Assembly: GCA_963666835.2 (NCBI GenBank)
Contig: CAXXGO010000001.1
Location: 640,001 to 704,000 of the forward strand
Direction: 5' to 3'
Length of the DNA stretch: 64,000 nucleotides
From: Phycisphaerae bacterium
GTDB taxonomy: Bacteria; Planctomycetota; Phycisphaerae; UBA1845
Below the pieces are notes generated by a model. It was not told where the DNA came from, ran no database searches, and saw nothing but the letters and a program-made list of their open reading frames with translations. A program made the translations under genes and the position numbers. This document shows positions 41,775-52,539 of this stretch, piece by piece (the first letter of the stretch is position 1; each line of letters begins with the position of its first letter).

Positions 41775-42047
41775 ATGGCGCGATCCCAGAAGAAGGGGCC
41801 GTTCGTTGATGAGAAGCTCTTCACGAAGGTGATGAAGCTTAAGAGCACCGGTGCGAGTACGGTTTTGCGTACTTGGGCGCGGCGTTGCACTATCGTCCCC
41901 GAGTTTGTGGGGCAACGATTCGAGGTTCATAACGGTAAGGTGTTCCATGCCGTGTACGTTACGGAAGACATGGTCGGGCATAAGTTGGGCGAATTCAGCC
42001 CGACCCGGACATTCCGTGGGCACGGCGGGGGCAAGAGGAAGAAATAG
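41775..42047 (+). CDS. rpsS: 30S ribosomal protein S19
   Basis: [23 protein letters not shown]. Confidence 0.97.
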   Translation: MARSQKKGPFVDEKLFTKVMKLKSTGASTVLRTWARRCTIVPEFVGQRFEVHNGKVFHAVYVTEDMVGHKLGEFSPTRTFRGHGGGKRKK

Positions 42048-42100
42048 CTTTGCGTGGGGTCGGCCGGTTTAGCGGGCAGGCCAAGCAGGTGCAGTCGGCG

Positions 42101-42442
42101 ATGGACAACCAACGAATTTGGACGGCAAAACATCGGTTCGCTCGAATTGCGCCGCGCAAGGCGCGTCTTGTGATTGGTTTGATTCGCGGGCAGTCGTGCA
42201 GTTATGCGTTGGAGCAGTTGCGATTCAACAATCGCCGGGGCTCTAAGCTTGTCTCGGACGTGTTGAAGTCGGCGATGGTCAACGCGGACGAGCAGGAAGC
42301 GGATATGGCGAGGCTGGTGGTTCGTGAGGCGCGGGTGGACGGGGGACCGTACTACCGAAGGTGGCGTCCGAAGGATCGTGGTCGAGTTCATCCGATTGCG
42401 AAGAAGACGAGCCATATTGTGATTACGGTAGCGGAAGGCTAA
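42101..42442 (+). CDS. rplV: 50S ribosomal protein L22
   Basis: RIAPRKARLV, KKTSHIVITV. Confidence 0.96.
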   Translation: MDNQRIWTAKHRFARIAPRKARLVIGLIRGQSCSYALEQLRFNNRRGSKLVSDVLKSAMVNADEQEADMARLVVREARVDGGPYYRRWRPKDRGRVHPIAKKTSHIVITVAEG

Positions 42443-42475
42443 ACGGCGCCCCGACAGAAGGGGCAGGAGTTCAGC

Positions 42476-43180
42476 GTGGGACAGAAAGTCCATCCGATTG
42501 GGTTTCGCGTAGGGGTCACCGAAGGGTGGCGTTCGCGCTGGTTCGCGCCGAAGGCGGCCTTCGCCGAGTTTCTGGTCGAGGATCAGAAGATCCGCGAGTT
42601 TGTCGATCGGCGTTTGAACCGTCAGCCGCCGTACGCGGCCGTGGCGAAAGTGGAAATCGAGCGCACTCGCGATGATGTCCGGGTGATGCTGCACACGGGT
42701 CGTCCGGGCTTGGTGATCGGCCCGAAGGGGGCCGAGGTCGACAAGCTGAAGGAGGCGGTCGAGGACTACATCGATCGCAAGGTCAGCATCAACATTGTTG
42801 AGATCAAGGTTCCGGACGGGAACGCCAAGCTTATTGCCGAGTCGGTTTCGGAGCAGCTCAAGAAGCGCGCCGGGTTCCGGCGGGTGATGAAGATGCGGGC
42901 GGATTCGGCGATGGCGGCGGGAGCTAAGGGCGTCAAGATCATGTGCAAAGGTCGCCTGGGCGGTGCGGAAATGGCCCGGAGCGAGACGCAGCTTCGCGGG
43001 TCGGTGCCGTTGCACACTTTGCAGGCCCACGTGGATTACGGAGTGGCTACCTGTCGCACGACGTATGGGACGATCGGAATCAAGGTGTGGCTCAACCTCG
43101 GGCGTTACGGGGAAGAGGCGACCCTGGCTGATGTTCCGCGATTCGGCGGACGAGATCGGCGGCGGGGCAAGCGCGGTTAA
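42476..43180 (+). CDS. rpsC: 30S ribosomal protein S3
   Basis: MGQKVHPIGFRVG, GRLGGAEMAR. Confidence 0.98.
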   Translation: MGQKVHPIGFRVGVTEGWRSRWFAPKAAFAEFLVEDQKIREFVDRRLNRQPPYAAVAKVEIERTRDDVRVMLHTGRPGLVIGPKGAEVDKLKEAVEDYIDRKVSINIVEIKVPDGNAKLIAESVSEQLKKRAGFRRVMKMRADSAMAAGAKGVKIMCKGRLGGAEMARSETQLRGSVPLHTLQAHVDYGVATCRTTYGTIGIKVWLNLGRYGEEATLADVPRFGGRDRRRGKRG

Positions 43181-43224
43181 GTTAGCGGAGCCCCGGATTT
43201 CGGGATCCGGGAGTTGGATGCATT

Positions 43225-43644
43225 ATGGCGTTGATGCCGAAACGAGTCAGATGGCGCAAGAGCCAGCGTGGTAAGATCCGCGGCAAGGCTTCGAGCGGCA
43301 ACATGTTGTCGTTCGGTGAGTTCGGGTTGCAGGCCCTGGCGCCGGGTTGGATCACGGGGCGGCAGATCGAGGCCGGCCGGGTTGCGGCGACGCACTACTT
43401 GCATCGTGAAGGTAATGTTTACGTTCGCATCTTCCCGCACAAGCCGGTTTCGTCGAAGCCGCTCGAAACGCGAATGGGTAAGGGCAAGGGAGATCCATCT
43501 TTTTGGGTTGCGTGCGTTCGCGAGGGCACGTTGCTGTTCGAGATCGGCGGCGTGGAAGAGGATGTCGCGCGTAATGCGTTAATGCGAGTTGCTCATAAAA
43601 TGCCGTGTCGGTGTCGTTTCGTTAAGCGGCGTCACGGTCTGTAG
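43225..43644 (+). CDS. rplP: 50S ribosomal protein L16
   Basis: [12 protein letters not shown]. Confidence 0.97.
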   Translation: MALMPKRVRWRKSQRGKIRGKASSGNMLSFGEFGLQALAPGWITGRQIEAGRVAATHYLHREGNVYVRIFPHKPVSSKPLETRMGKGKGDPSFWVACVREGTLLFEIGGVEEDVARNALMRVAHKMPCRCRFVKRRHGL

Positions 43645-43669
43645 TTGACTCCGGAGGATCACAAAGGCG

Positions 43670-43909
43670 ATGAAGATCAGTGAAATCCGGGAGATGAAGA
43701 CGGTGGAACTGCATGCCGAGCTGGATCATTTGCGGCGGCATCTTTTCGACCTTCGCGCCCAGGCGGTAACGGAAAAGCTGGAGAACCCGCATCAGGTTAC
43801 GGGGGTACGCAAGAGCGTAGCGCGGATCCTGACGGTGATGGGGGAGCGGGGTGAGACGGGCATCGAAGAGAAGCAGACGCACCTGGAGGCGGTAGCGCGC
43901 AAGCGTTGA
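43670..43909 (+). CDS. rpmC: 50S ribosomal protein L29
   Basis: LFDLRAQ, RKSVARILT; synteny. Confidence 0.93.
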   Translation: MKISEIREMKTVELHAELDHLRRHLFDLRAQAVTEKLENPHQVTGVRKSVARILTVMGERGETGIEEKQTHLEAVARKR

Positions 43910-43973
43910 GTATCGCAGAATGGGGCCGCGGGGCGATGTGGTGAACGCGGCGCATTGAAGGATGTTTGAATCG

Positions 43974-44252
43974 ATGACGGACGTATTGGAAAAGTTGGGA
44001 TCCGCTCGGGGAAGCCGGGATCGCCGGGTTGGCACGGTGTTGTCGCGAAGCGGCGACAAGTCAATCAGGGTCCGATTCGAGTATTCGATCAAACATCCGA
44101 TGTACGGCAAGTACATCAAGCGGTCGACGACCCTGCACACGCACGACGAGAAGAACGAAGCGAAGACGGGTGATGTCGTCGAGGTGACTGCCTGCCGGCG
44201 GCTGTCGAAGACGAAATGTTGGCGGCTGACACGGATTATCCGCTCGGTTTAG
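43974..44252 (+). CDS. rpsQ: 30S ribosomal protein S17
   Basis: HPMYGKYIKR, HDEKN, LSKTKCW. Confidence 0.95.
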   Translation: MTDVLEKLGSARGSRDRRVGTVLSRSGDKSIRVRFEYSIKHPMYGKYIKRSTTLHTHDEKNEAKTGDVVEVTACRRLSKTKCWRLTRIIRSV

Positions 44253-44302
44253 TGGCGGACGGCGGGTTGCGGGGATAGGCCCGACAGGATTAGGACGCAA
44301 CG

Positions 44303-44719
44303 ATGATTCAGATGCAAACCGTGGTGGACGTGTGTGACAACACAGGCGCGAAAGCGGCTATGGTGTTCAACGTCTACAAGGGGAGCACCGCTCGGCGCGG
44401 CAAGAAACGCCTGAAGAGGGCGAAGGTCGGTGATATCGTCCTGGTGACCGTGAAGCGATGTTTGCCCAACAGCGATTTTTCCGGCGGCAACGACCGGAAG
44501 GACCGGGCGAAGCGTCGCAAAGCGCGGGCGGTGGTGGTTCGGACGAAGGGGCCGACTCGGCGACGGGACGGTAGCTATGTTCGGTTCGATACAAACGCGG
44601 TTGTGCTGATTGACGAGCGAAATGAACCGCGCGGGACGCGGATATTCGGAGCAGTGGCCCGTGAGCTTCGCGAGAAGAACTTTATGAAGATCGTCTCGCT
44701 GGCGGAAGAAGTGGTATAG
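44303..44719 (+). CDS. rplN: 50S ribosomal protein L14
   Basis: [27 protein letters not shown]. Confidence 0.96.
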   Translation: MIQMQTVVDVCDNTGAKAAMVFNVYKGSTARRGKKRLKRAKVGDIVLVTVKRCLPNSDFSGGNDRKDRAKRRKARAVVVRTKGPTRRRDGSYVRFDTNAVVLIDERNEPRGTRIFGAVARELREKNFMKIVSLAEEVV

Positions 44720-44793
44720 GGGCTTGGGCGGTCTGGCGGGTTTTTTGCGAAACGGCCGCTTGCCGGGTTGAGTTTTGTGCATAGGCGGTAGTG

Positions 44794-45147
44794 ATGGCGC
44801 TACGCATTCGAAAGAATGATTTAGTGGAAGTGATCTCCGGGGACCACCGGGGTGAGCGCGGGAAGGTTTTGCGTATTGAGCCGCGGCGCGGGCTGGTGGT
44901 CGTCGAGGGTGTGAACATGGTTTATCGGCACGTTCGTCCGACGCGGCGCAATCCGCAGGGCGGGCGGGTGCAGAAGGAAGCACCCATCCATCTGTCGAAT
45001 GTTCTGCCGTTCGATTCGGGCGCCGGAAAAGGGCAGCATGCCCACTTTGAGGTCAAGTGCGACGATCGAGGCCGTGTGGTGTCGAAGCGCCGCGTGACGA
45101 GTGCCGGGACGGTCCTGCACGTACTGAGTCGCGAGGAGCGGAAGTAG
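44794..45147 (+). CDS. rplX: 50S ribosomal protein L24
   Basis: VEVISGDHRG, VEGVN, EAPIHLSNV. Confidence 0.95.
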   Translation: MALRIRKNDLVEVISGDHRGERGKVLRIEPRRGLVVVEGVNMVYRHVRPTRRNPQGGRVQKEAPIHLSNVLPFDSGAGKGQHAHFEVKCDDRGRVVSKRRVTSAGTVLHVLSREERK

Positions 45148-45188
45148 GCTGGGCGGATCACCGTCGCCGGATTGCGGAGCCGGGTTCG

Positions 45189-45746
45189 ATGAGCAGATTG
45201 CTGGAGCAGTACAGGAACGAGATTGAACCCGCCTTGCGGGAAGATCTCGGCATTACCAACCCCATGGCGGTCCCCCGCCTGACCAAGGTCGTGGTATCGA
45301 TGGGGACGGGGTCGCCGGCGATCGACAAGACGCGATGTGCGGCCGCGGCGGAAGACCTGGGGAAGATCACGGGTCAGCGGGCGCAGATTCGCCGTTCGCG
45401 GAAAGCGGTGTCCAACTTCAAGACGCGGCGAGATATGGAAGTCGGTTGCCGGGTGACGTTGCGCGGCAAGCGGATGTATGAGTTTGTAGATCGCCTGGTG
45501 AACGCAGCTATTCCGCGCTTACGTGACTTTCGAGGGTTGAACCCCCGGAGTTTTGACGGGCGAGGCAACTATTCTATGGGAGTGTCCGACCAGTCGGTTT
45601 TTCCGGAGATTGACGTAACGAAGATAGCCCATACGCAAGGTATGAACATCACCTTCGTTACGTCGGCCAAGAGCGATTCGGACGGTCGGGCGTTGTTGGA
45701 TAAACTGGGTATGCCGTTCAGAAAAACGGAACAGCAGAGTAACTGA
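45189..45746 (+). CDS. rplE: 50S ribosomal protein L5
   Basis: [24 protein letters not shown]. Confidence 0.97.
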   Translation: MSRLLEQYRNEIEPALREDLGITNPMAVPRLTKVVVSMGTGSPAIDKTRCAAAAEDLGKITGQRAQIRRSRKAVSNFKTRRDMEVGCRVTLRGKRMYEFVDRLVNAAIPRLRDFRGLNPRSFDGRGNYSMGVSDQSVFPEIDVTKIAHTQGMNITFVTSAKSDSDGRALLDKLGMPFRKTEQQSN

Positions 45747-45931
45747 TGGCGACCAAAGCATGGATCGCTAAGGCTAGCAGGGAACCTAAGTTCTCGACCC
45801 GGCACGTGCGGCGTTGTCAGCTTTGCGGCCGGTCGCGCGCCGTGTATCGCAAGTTTCAGGTTTGTCGAATTTGTCTTCGGACCCTTGCTTTGGAAGGGAT
45901 GATTCCGGGGATGCGGAAGGCGAGCTGGTAG
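45746..45931 (+). CDS. rpsN: 30S ribosomal protein S14, zinc-binding type Z
   Basis: 61 aa; RCQLCGR...CRIC. Confidence 0.96.
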   Translation: MATKAWIAKASREPKFSTRHVRRCQLCGRSRAVYRKFQVCRICLRTLALEGMIPGMRKASW

Positions 45932-45983
45932 GCAGTGCGGGGTATGGACTGGTGGTTCGGGACTATCGCGGAAGGTACTTACG

Positions 45984-46379
45984 ATGTGGTCTGATCCGAT
46001 CGCGGATATGCTGACAAGAATCCGGAATGCCAACAGGGTTCGGCGGAAGCAGGTTGTGATTCCTTCGTCGAAGGTGAAGGTGGGTATTGCGAGCGTCTTG
46101 AAGGACGAGGGCTATATCCGCGCGTTCGACGTCGTGGAGGACAACAAGCAAGGCCTGCTGCGGATCGATCTGAAATACGGGCCGCGCGGCGAGGACGTGA
46201 TTCACAACGTCCAGCGGAGTTCGCGGGGCGGGTGTCGAGTATACAAGAAGGCCGCGGAGTTGCCGCGGGTTCTTGACGGGCTGGGAATCGCCATTGTCTC
46301 GACGAGTTCGGGCATTATGAGTGACCGCGTCTGCCGCGAGCGCGGCGTCGGCGGCGAGTTGCTCTGCACGGTTTATTGA
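45984..46379 (+). CDS. rpsH: 30S ribosomal protein S8
   Basis: DPIADMLTRIRNA, STSSG, GGELLC. Confidence 0.97.
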   Translation: MWSDPIADMLTRIRNANRVRRKQVVIPSSKVKVGIASVLKDEGYIRAFDVVEDNKQGLLRIDLKYGPRGEDVIHNVQRSSRGGCRVYKKAAELPRVLDGLGIAIVSTSSGIMSDRVCRERGVGGELLCTVY

Positions 46380-46422
46380 GTGAAGTGGACCCGGCGACGG
46401 CCGGCTTGATGGGAAGCGTTGG

Positions 46423-47019
46423 ATGTCACGAGTAGGGAAACAACCGATTGCCGTACCGGGTGGGGTCAGCGTGAAGACCTCCGGGCGGCAGATCTCGGTC
46501 AAGGGCCCCAAGGGCGAGTTGTCGATTGAGTATCCTGCAACCGCTGAGGTGGTGTTCGACGAGGCGGCGAAGTCCATCAACGTCACTCGGGTGAATGACG
46601 CGAAGCAGAGTCGGGCGAATCACGGTCTGACCAGGGCGTTGATCGCGAATATGGTCACGGGGGTCTCCGAGGGTTTCAAGAAGGAACTGGAGATCTACGG
46701 GACCGGGTACAACTGCAAGCTTCAGGGCAAGGTTCTGCATCTGAACATCGGCTACATGGGGCGCCGGCGGGGCTTGGGGTCGCAGTTTGAGCTGCAGGTT
46801 CCGGACGGGGTCGAGGTAGTCGTTGAGAAAGAGGCGGCGCGGGGCGACACGGACCCGGCGAAGCTGACGATTCAGGGATGTGACAAGCAGAGCGTAGGGC
46901 AGTTTGCGTCCGAGATTCGGGCGTTGCGGAAGACGGAACCGTACAAGGGCAAGGGTATCCGGTATGCGGGCGAATACGTCAAACGCAAGCAGGGTAAGGC
47001 TCTTGCCGGTGGCGGTTAG
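46423..47019 (+). CDS. rplF: 50S ribosomal protein L6
   Basis: MSRVGKQPI, EPYKGKGIRY. Confidence 0.97.
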   Translation: MSRVGKQPIAVPGGVSVKTSGRQISVKGPKGELSIEYPATAEVVFDEAAKSINVTRVNDAKQSRANHGLTRALIANMVTGVSEGFKKELEIYGTGYNCKLQGKVLHLNIGYMGRRRGLGSQFELQVPDGVEVVVEKEAARGDTDPAKLTIQGCDKQSVGQFASEIRALRKTEPYKGKGIRYAGEYVKRKQGKALAGGG

Positions 47020-47061
47020 TGCGTAGCGGCAAGCGTATTAGCATTCAGAAGAACGGGCATC

Positions 47062-47430
47062 ATGGAAGGAAACAGGATTAGGGTAATGCGGAGAACACGC
47101 CGTCGGCGTGGGATTCGCAAGCGCGTCTGCGGAACCGGGGCGCGTCCGCGCTTGACGGTCTTTCGCAGCGCGAAGCACATTTATGCCCAGATTATCGATG
47201 ATGAGCGCGGGGTTACGCTGTGCGGCGCCAGCACTCGGGACAAGGGTCTAAGTGACCAGATCAAGTACGGCGGCAACGTGGCCGCGGCTAAGATCGTTGG
47301 TGAATGTCTTGGGAAGCGGGCGGCCGAGCACGATATCAAGCAGGTGTGTTTCGATCGAAACGGGTATCGGTTTCACGGTCGCATTAAGGGCCTGGCCGAT
47401 GGAGCCCGCGAGGCGGGACTTGAGTTCTAG
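47062..47430 (+). CDS. rplR: 50S ribosomal protein L18
   Basis: [20 protein letters not shown]. Confidence 0.97.
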   Translation: MEGNRIRVMRRTRRRRGIRKRVCGTGARPRLTVFRSAKHIYAQIIDDERGVTLCGASTRDKGLSDQIKYGGNVAAAKIVGECLGKRAAEHDIKQVCFDRNGYRFHGRIKGLADGAREAGLEF

Positions 47431-47482
47431 GTTTGTAACGTAAGCGGCACGGCCCGTGTGGCCGACCGAGTGAGAGCAGACG

Positions 47483-48001
47483 ATGACGGGAGTTCCTCCA
47501 GACGCCGGGCATTTCGCTGACTCGACGGAAGAGCAGCCCTTTGATGAGAACGTGGTTAAGATCTACCGTTGTGCCGCGGTGGTTCGGGGCGGTCGGCGGT
47601 TCAGTTTTGCGTCGCTGGTGGTCGTCGGCGACCGCAACGGGAACGTTGGGGTCGGCTACGGCAAGGCGAAGGAAGTACCGGCTTCGGTAGAGAAGGCCAG
47701 GAAGATTGCCACCAGAGCGATCACACCGATCAAGCTGGCCGGGCGCACGCTTCCGCATCGGGTGATCGGGCGGTTCGGAGCAAGCTCGGTTGTGATGGTC
47801 CCGGCCAGTCCGGGAACGGGCGTAATCGCGGGCGGGAGCGTCCGGGCGGTGTTAGAACTTGCCGGCGTCCACGATGTGCTAACAAAGAGCTACGGGTCGA
47901 ACAGTCCGAAGAATCTGGTTCGGGCGACGTTTGACGGGTTGATGCAGTTGGTCAGCCGCGAGGATGTCGAGCGTTTGCGCGGTGTGAAGCTCACTGGGTA
48001 A
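47483..48001 (+). CDS. rpsE: 30S ribosomal protein S5
   Basis: GGRRFSF, PASPGTGVIAG. Confidence 0.97.
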   Translation: MTGVPPDAGHFADSTEEQPFDENVVKIYRCAAVVRGGRRFSFASLVVVGDRNGNVGVGYGKAKEVPASVEKARKIATRAITPIKLAGRTLPHRVIGRFGASSVVMVPASPGTGVIAGGSVRAVLELAGVHDVLTKSYGSNSPKNLVRATFDGLMQLVSREDVERLRGVKLTG

Positions 48002-48010
48002 CACCTTAAG

Positions 48011-48457
48011 ATGAACATAACCGAAGTTACTAAGCAGGCTGGAGCGAGGAAGCAGCGGAAGCGCGTCGGGCGTGGTCGAGGCTCCGGTCTCGGTAAAACG
48101 GCCGGTCGAGGCCACAAAGGCGCGGGGTCGCGGGCTGGGGCAACGCGCCGGGCGATGCGCGAAGGTGGGCAAATGCCTACTTTCCGGCGGATGCCGAAGC
48201 GCGGCTTCAGCAACGTCCAGTTCAGGACCCGATACAACGTGGTTAACGTAGCCTCTCTTGAGGAGCGATACGAGGCGGGAGCGCACGTCACCGCGCAGTC
48301 TCTGTTGGAAGCCGGTCTTATCCGGAACCTGCGTTTTCCGGTGAAGGTTCTCGGTGACGGCGAGTTGACCAAGAAGTTGGTCGTGGACGCGGCCAAGTTC
48401 AGCGAGTCGGCGATGCAGAAGATCAAAGCGGCTGGCGGCGAGGCCAATATCTCGTAG
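48011..48457 (+). CDS. rplO: 50S ribosomal protein L15
   Basis: RVGRGRGSGLGKTAGRGHKG, EGGQMP. Confidence 0.97.
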   Translation: MNITEVTKQAGARKQRKRVGRGRGSGLGKTAGRGHKGAGSRAGATRRAMREGGQMPTFRRMPKRGFSNVQFRTRYNVVNVASLEERYEAGAHVTAQSLLEAGLIRNLRFPVKVLGDGELTKKLVVDAAKFSESAMQKIKAAGGEANIS

Positions 48458-48496
48458 CGCGCGTGAGGCGCTAAGAACGGAACGAAATACGAAGAC

Positions 48497-49864
48497 ATGT
48501 TTGCGACATTCCTAAACATCTTCAAGATTCCGGAGCTGCGCAACAAGATCCTGTTTACGATCGGGATGTTGGCGGCTTATCGGATTGGGTTCTGCGTTCC
48601 GGTTCCCGGGGTTGACCAGTTGAAGATGAGCGGCGGCGGTGGCGGCGGCAGCCCGCTTGGTGAACTGATGGATTATTTCCAGCTTTTCACCGGAGGTAAC
48701 CTCAGGCAGAGCACGATTTTCGGATTGGGGATCATGCCGTATATCTCCGCGTCCATTATTTTCCAGCTTCTGGTGACGGTCGTTCCGTCCCTGGAGAAGC
48801 TCTCCCAGGAGGGGGAGACCGGGCGGAAGAAGATCCAAGAGTATACTCGTTACGCAACGGTCGTGCTGTGCCTGGTTAACGCGGCCTTCTGGATGAAGTA
48901 TCTGTCGTCGAAGGATCTGATCTTCCCGGATTTCCAGGGTGGCTTCTTGGGCATGACTTTCACGTATATGTCCATGTCGCTGCTGGTTTTGACGGCGGGG
49001 ACGGTCTTTTTGATGTGGCTGGGCGAGCAGATTGACGAGTATGGGATCGGCAACGGGATCTCGTTGATCATCATGGCCGGGATCGTGTGCCGGATGCCGG
49101 AGGCGGTAGTCTGGATTGCGAGGAACACGACCCTGAAGGGTTCGGCCGGTCCGGGTGAGATGGACGTTCCGAAGATTCTGTTCCTGGTCATCATGTTTGC
49201 CGGAGTGGTTGCCGGGGCCATTTTGATTACCCAAGGCCAACGGCGGATACCGATCCAGCAGGCGAAGCAGACCCGCGGTCGGCGAGTATATGGCGGCCAG
49301 CGGCATTACTTGCCGTTGCGGGTCAACCACGGCGGGGTCATGCCGATCATCTTCGCTAGTTCGATGTTGATCTTCCCGAGTATGATTTTCGGTGCTCTCT
49401 ACACTTATTGGCCCAACGCGTTCTGGGGGTTTATGAGTAGCTCCTTTTCGAACGGCAGTTACTTGTACGTGGTAGCGTACATTGTCGCGGTTTACTTCTT
49501 CGCGTATTTCTGGACGACGGTGCAGTTCCGCCCGAAGGAGATGGCGAACAATCTGCGGGACTACGGGAGTTTCATTCCAGGCTTGCGTCCGGGGAAGCGG
49601 ACGGCGGACTATCTCGAGCGGGTGATGGGGCGCATCACGTACGTCGGGGCCGGCTTCCTTGCGATTATTGCGATTATTCCCACGCTCGTGGCGGGATGGC
49701 TGAACATTCCGTTCATGGTGTCGGCATTCCTCGGTGGAACGGGTTTGCTGATTGTGGTGAGCGTTACGCTTGACTTGGTCCAGCGCATCGAGGCGAACCT
49801 GATTATGCGTAATTACAAGGGTTTCCTCGGGGATGATGGTCCGATCAAGGGGTCGCATAGTTAA
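48497..49864 (+). CDS. secY: Preprotein translocase subunit SecY
   Basis: LGIMPYISASII, GIGNGISLII, IPGLRPG, GGTGLLIVV. Confidence 0.98.
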   Translation: MFATFLNIFKIPELRNKILFTIGMLAAYRIGFCVPVPGVDQLKMSGGGGGGSPLGELMDYFQLFTGGNLRQSTIFGLGIMPYISASIIFQLLVTVVPSLEKLSQEGETGRKKIQEYTRYATVVLCLVNAAFWMKYLSSKDLIFPDFQGGFLGMTFTYMSMSLLVLTAGTVFLMWLGEQIDEYGIGNGISLIIMAGIVCRMPEAVVWIARNTTLKGSAGPGEMDVPKILFLVIMFAGVVAGAILITQGQRRIPIQQAKQTRGRRVYGGQRHYLPLRVNHGGVMPIIFASSMLIFPSMIFGALYTYWPNAFWGFMSSSFSNGSYLYVVAYIVAVYFFAYFWTTVQFRPKEMANNLRDYGSFIPGLRPGKRTADYLERVMGRITYVGAGFLAIIAIIPTLVAGWLNIPFMVSAFLGGTGLLIVVSVTLDLVQRIEANLIMRNYKGFLGDDGPIKGSHS

Positions 49865-49995
49865 GAGTTTTCGGCGGCCCGAATGGGTGGTGAGGAGTCT
49901 GTCGCGAGATTGGTCCTGCAGAGCGGAATGTGGATGGCCCGGCTGGGCGTGTTGATGTGTAGTAGTCGACCCGGAGAGTACAGGTGTTTCGGGTG

Positions 49996-50787
49996 ATGCA
50001 ACGCCGCGGGATCATCCTGAAGAGCGCTCGCGAGATCGAGTTGATGCGCGAAGCGGGTCGGGTAGTCCGCCGGGTGCTGGAGCGAGTGACGGAGCTGGCT
50101 CAGGCGGGCGTGACGACGGCCGAGCTGAACGCGGTTGCTGAAAAGCTGATTGCGGAGTCCGGCGGGGTCCCTCTTTTCAAGGGGGTAGAGAACCCGCAGG
50201 CGAAGTTCCCGTTTCCGGCGGCACTTTGCACCAGCGTCAATGAAGAGCTGGTTCACGGGATCCCGGCGGACCGGGCTCTTTGTGTCGGTGACGTCGTCAG
50301 TGTGGATTGCGGCGTCCGGATGGCCGGGTATTGCGGTGACGCGGCGACGACGATTGCGGTTGGGGAGGTTTCGCAAGAGGTTCGGTTGCTGTTGGACGTG
50401 ACCCGCGGGGCGTTGGACTTGGCGGTTGAGCTGATTCGGCCGGGTTTGTCATGGAGCAAGGTAGCGTCGCGGATGCAGCAGCATGTAGAAGCGGCGGGTT
50501 TCTCGGTTGTTCGCGATTTCGTCGGCCACGGGATTGGTCGCGAGATGCATGAGGAACCGAAGGTGCCGAACTACTGGGATAGTAGACAGCGAAGCAGCGA
50601 CTTCGAGTTGAAGACCGGTATGGTGATCGCGGTGGAGCCGATGGTTAACATGGGCACGCACGCGGTCGAGTATGCGAGTGAAGATCGGTGGGGCGTTGTG
50701 ACCCGCGACCGGAAGTATGCCGCGCATTTTGAGCACACGATCGCGGTGACGGATTCGGGCGCGGATGTCCTTACTGATGGACGGTAG
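49996..50787 (+). CDS. map: Methionine aminopeptidase type I
   Basis: SVNEELVHGIP, GHGIG, HEEP, EPM, AHFEHT. Confidence 0.96.
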   Translation: MQRRGIILKSAREIELMREAGRVVRRVLERVTELAQAGVTTAELNAVAEKLIAESGGVPLFKGVENPQAKFPFPAALCTSVNEELVHGIPADRALCVGDVVSVDCGVRMAGYCGDAATTIAVGEVSQEVRLLLDVTRGALDLAVELIRPGLSWSKVASRMQQHVEAAGFSVVRDFVGHGIGREMHEEPKVPNYWDSRQRSSDFELKTGMVIAVEPMVNMGTHAVEYASEDRWGVVTRDRKYAAHFEHTIAVTDSGADVLTDGR

Positions 50788-50836
50788 TTGGATAAGGCGG
50801 GTTCCGCCGATGCGGATCGACTAAGGCGGTGGGCTG

Positions 50837-50950
50837 ATGAAGGTAAGAGCAAGCGTTCGACGCATCTGCGAGAACTGCAGGATTGTGAAGCGTAAGGGTG
50901 TTGTGCGGGTCGTCTGTACGAATCCTCGCCACAAGCAGCGTCAGGGATAA
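50837..50950 (+). CDS. rpmJ: 50S ribosomal protein L36 (zinc-binding type)
   Basis: Manual translation [37 protein letters not shown]. Confidence 0.96.
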   Translation: MKVRASVRRICENCRIVKRKGVVRVVCTNPRHKQRQG

Positions 50951-50961
50951 GGAGGGCCAAG

Positions 50962-51345
50962 ATGCCGCGTATCGCCGGTGTTGACATCCCGAATAATAAG
51001 CGGATTGAGTACGCGCTTCGGTACATTTATGGGATCGGCCCGAAGATCGCTTTGGACGTACTGAAGGAAGCGGAGATCGAGGTCCACGTGAAAGCGAAGG
51101 ACCTCACCGAAGAAGAGATCACGCGCATAGGTGGGGTTATTGACCGGACCTGTCAGGTGGAGGGGCTCCTTCGTCGGACGGTACAGTCGAACATTGCGCG
51201 TTTGAAGGACATTCGATGCTATCGGGGGCTGCGGCACCGGGCGCACCTTCCGGTTCGGGGGCAGCGGACCCGGACCAATGCGCGGACGCGCAAGGGTCCG
51301 AAGAAGACTGTCGCCGGCAAGAAGAGTGTGAAGGAATTGCGCTAA
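50962..51345 (+). CDS. rpsM: 30S ribosomal protein S13
   Basis: [24 protein letters not shown]. Confidence 0.98.
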   Translation: MPRIAGVDIPNNKRIEYALRYIYGIGPKIALDVLKEAEIEVHVKAKDLTEEEITRIGGVIDRTCQVEGLLRRTVQSNIARLKDIRCYRGLRHRAHLPVRGQRTRTNARTRKGPKKTVAGKKSVKELR

Positions 51346-51357
51346 AGGAGGCGTTGC

Positions 51358-51741
51358 GTGGCGAAGCGAGGTGGCAAACGAAGGATTCGGCGAAATGTGG
51401 CGCGGGGTATTGCGCATATCAAGGCGACCTTCAACAATACCCTGATTACCATTACGGATATTAACGGCGATGTGCTATGTTCCGGTTCCGCGGGCACCGC
51501 GGGATTCAAGGGGACGCGTAAGAGCACGCCGTTTGCGGCGCAGCGCGCGGTTGAGCAGGTTGCGCATGCGGCCAGGAAGTTTGGCATGCAGGAGGTGGAG
51601 GTCCGCGTGAAGGGACCGGGTACGGGTCGGGATTCGGCGGTTACCGCGCTGCAGGCGGCGGGGCTTCGGATTTATTCGATCGAAGATGTGACTCCGCTTC
51701 CGCACAATGGGTGCCGGCCGGCGAAGAGGCGGCGAGTATAG
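51358..51741 (+). CDS. rpsK: 30S ribosomal protein S11
   Basis: [25 protein letters not shown]. Confidence 0.98.
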   Translation: MAKRGGKRRIRRNVARGIAHIKATFNNTLITITDINGDVLCSGSAGTAGFKGTRKSTPFAAQRAVEQVAHAARKFGMQEVEVRVKGPGTGRDSAVTALQAAGLRIYSIEDVTPLPHNGCRPAKRRRV

Positions 51742-51830
51742 CGGCGGTCCTCGCGCAGAGGGTATCGGAATAGTAGTGGGCCGGTCCGGAACGGTTGGCC
51801 CTGGATAAGAAACGATCATCGGACAAAGCC

Positions 51831-52460
51831 ATGGGACGTTACATCGGACCGGTCTGTCGTCTATGTCGCCGCGAGAGCGTCAAGTTGATGCTGAAGGGCG
51901 CGCGTTGCGAGACCGCCAAGTGCGCAATGGAGAAGCAATGGCGTAACCGCCCGCCGGGCATGCATGCCTGGCGTCGTCGCAAGACGGGCGATTATGGGAT
52001 TCGGTTACGTGAGAAGCAGAAGGTCAAGCGGTATTACGGCGTGTTTGAACGCCAGTTTATGATCTACTTCCGGATTGCGGAGCGCATGAAGGTCAATACC
52101 GGCGAGGCGCTGCTTGGTTTGCTTGAGAGGCGGCTGGACAACGCGGTATGGAAACTCGGGTTTGCGCCCTCGCACCGGGCTTCTCGGGTTGCGGTGTCAC
52201 ACGGGCACATTTATGTGAACGGGCGTCGCGTTAACCGACCGAGTTATCTGGTTCAGGAGGGTGACCGGATTTCGGTTAAGCCGTCGGAGCGCAGCAAGAA
52301 GTTTGTGCGGGAGGCCCTTGGAGAGGGGGGGGTGTCTCCACAGGCATGGCTGCAACTGGATGCCGGCACGTTGGAGGGGACCGTGATGGCGATGCCGACG
52401 CGGGAGGACGTGCAGATCCCGGTTGAAGAGCAGTTGATCATCGAGATGTGTAGTCGTTAG
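51831..52460 (+). CDS. rpsD: 30S ribosomal protein S4
   Basis: CRLCRRE, LREKQKVK, LERRLDN. Confidence 0.97.
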   Translation: MGRYIGPVCRLCRRESVKLMLKGARCETAKCAMEKQWRNRPPGMHAWRRRKTGDYGIRLREKQKVKRYYGVFERQFMIYFRIAERMKVNTGEALLGLLERRLDNAVWKLGFAPSHRASRVAVSHGHIYVNGRRVNRPSYLVQEGDRISVKPSERSKKFVREALGEGGVSPQAWLQLDAGTLEGTVMAMPTREDVQIPVEEQLIIEMCSR

Positions 52461-52539
52461 GGTTGTGGCCCCGGCATGACGGCGGGGGTCGGCGGCAACG
52501 TAGTTTCATCCCGGCTGGAGCCGGTTGGAGGTCATCCCG

